From assembly GCA_031282705.1 (NCBI GenBank), contig JAITDF010000626.1, positions 1 to 12,388 of the forward strand: DNA of 12,388 nucleotides, given 5' to 3'. The position numbers and the translations under genes were made by a program. Numbering within the stretch: position 1 is the stretch's first letter; each line of letters begins with the position of its first letter. This document shows positions 12,228-12,388 of this stretch, piece by piece. The notes under the pieces were generated by a model. The model saw only the letters and a program-made list of their open reading frames with translations, made no database searches and had not been told where the DNA came from. This DNA is from Opitutaceae bacterium. GTDB taxonomy: Bacteria; Verrucomicrobiota; Verrucomicrobiia; Opitutales; Opitutaceae.

Positions 12228-12388
12228 TCTGACGTACCGCAGACTTCCAAGTCTGCTTCAACGCTCACGATTGGCCGTGGGCTCGTTTTCGGGTACGGCT
12301 TCTTTCGGGCCTCCGGCCCGGAAGCAGGTTTGGAAACCTGCGGTACGTGGCGCTCCCGCGCCGGCAGTCTGACGTAACGCAGACTTCC
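12228..12388. repeat. Roughly 22-bp direct repeat gtctgacgtaMcgcagacttcc at 12228-12249 and 12367-12388 (21/22). Each copy is preceded about 18 bp upstream by aacctgcgg (12203-12211 and 12339-12347). The first copy overlaps a perfect palindrome gcagacttccaagtctgc at 12241-12258. The second copy is cut by the window end.
   Basis: Read directly from the sequence. The repeat unit is about 60 bp and the two copies are about 137 bp apart. Confidence 0.7.

Noticed and set aside
12180-12388. Possible tRNA or other structured RNA gene in the GC-rich tail after the TetR promoter.
   Set aside because: No GTTCRANYC T-loop and no acceptor or anticodon arm arrangement could be found by eye. Only short palindromes and direct repeats are present.

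Overview
This is a high-GC (roughly 65-70%) bacterial chromosomal window holding nine well-supported protein-coding genes and no rRNA, tRNA or CRISPR. Most start codons lack a Shine-Dalgarno sequence, which may hint at a Verrucomicrobia-like or Bacteroidetes-like lineage, but this is only a guess. From left to right the genes are: a predicted lipoprotein with a YjiK/SdiA-regulated-type beta-propeller domain (minus strand); a family-B DNA polymerase of the Pol II type (polB, plus strand) carrying unusual Gly/Ala/Glu-rich low-complexity inserts; an NfeD-like membrane protein and an SPFH/flotillin-like protein (a YqiJ/YqiK-type pair, plus strand); TonB (minus strand); and a minus-strand operon of a TetR-family regulator, a HlyD/YbhG-like membrane-fusion protein, an ABC ATPase and an ABC-2 permease, resembling E. 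coli cecR-ybhGFSR. The genes themselves are ordinary. The striking part is the non-coding DNA: nearly every intergenic region carries elaborate short tandem repeats and roughly 100-125 bp palindromic elements. These include a perfect 29-bp inverted repeat and (ATGGGAGNN)n tandem arrays on both sides of polB, a nested palindrome of about 264 bp inside the ABC operon, an AT-rich composite palindrome at the 5' window edge, and phased tandem repeats upstream of nfeD and tonB. They look like families of Correia/ERIC/REP-like small palindromic elements, regulator-binding arrays, or both. Without genome-wide searching their function is unknown. Several large ORFs in the supplied track are antisense or off-frame artefacts of the high GC content.
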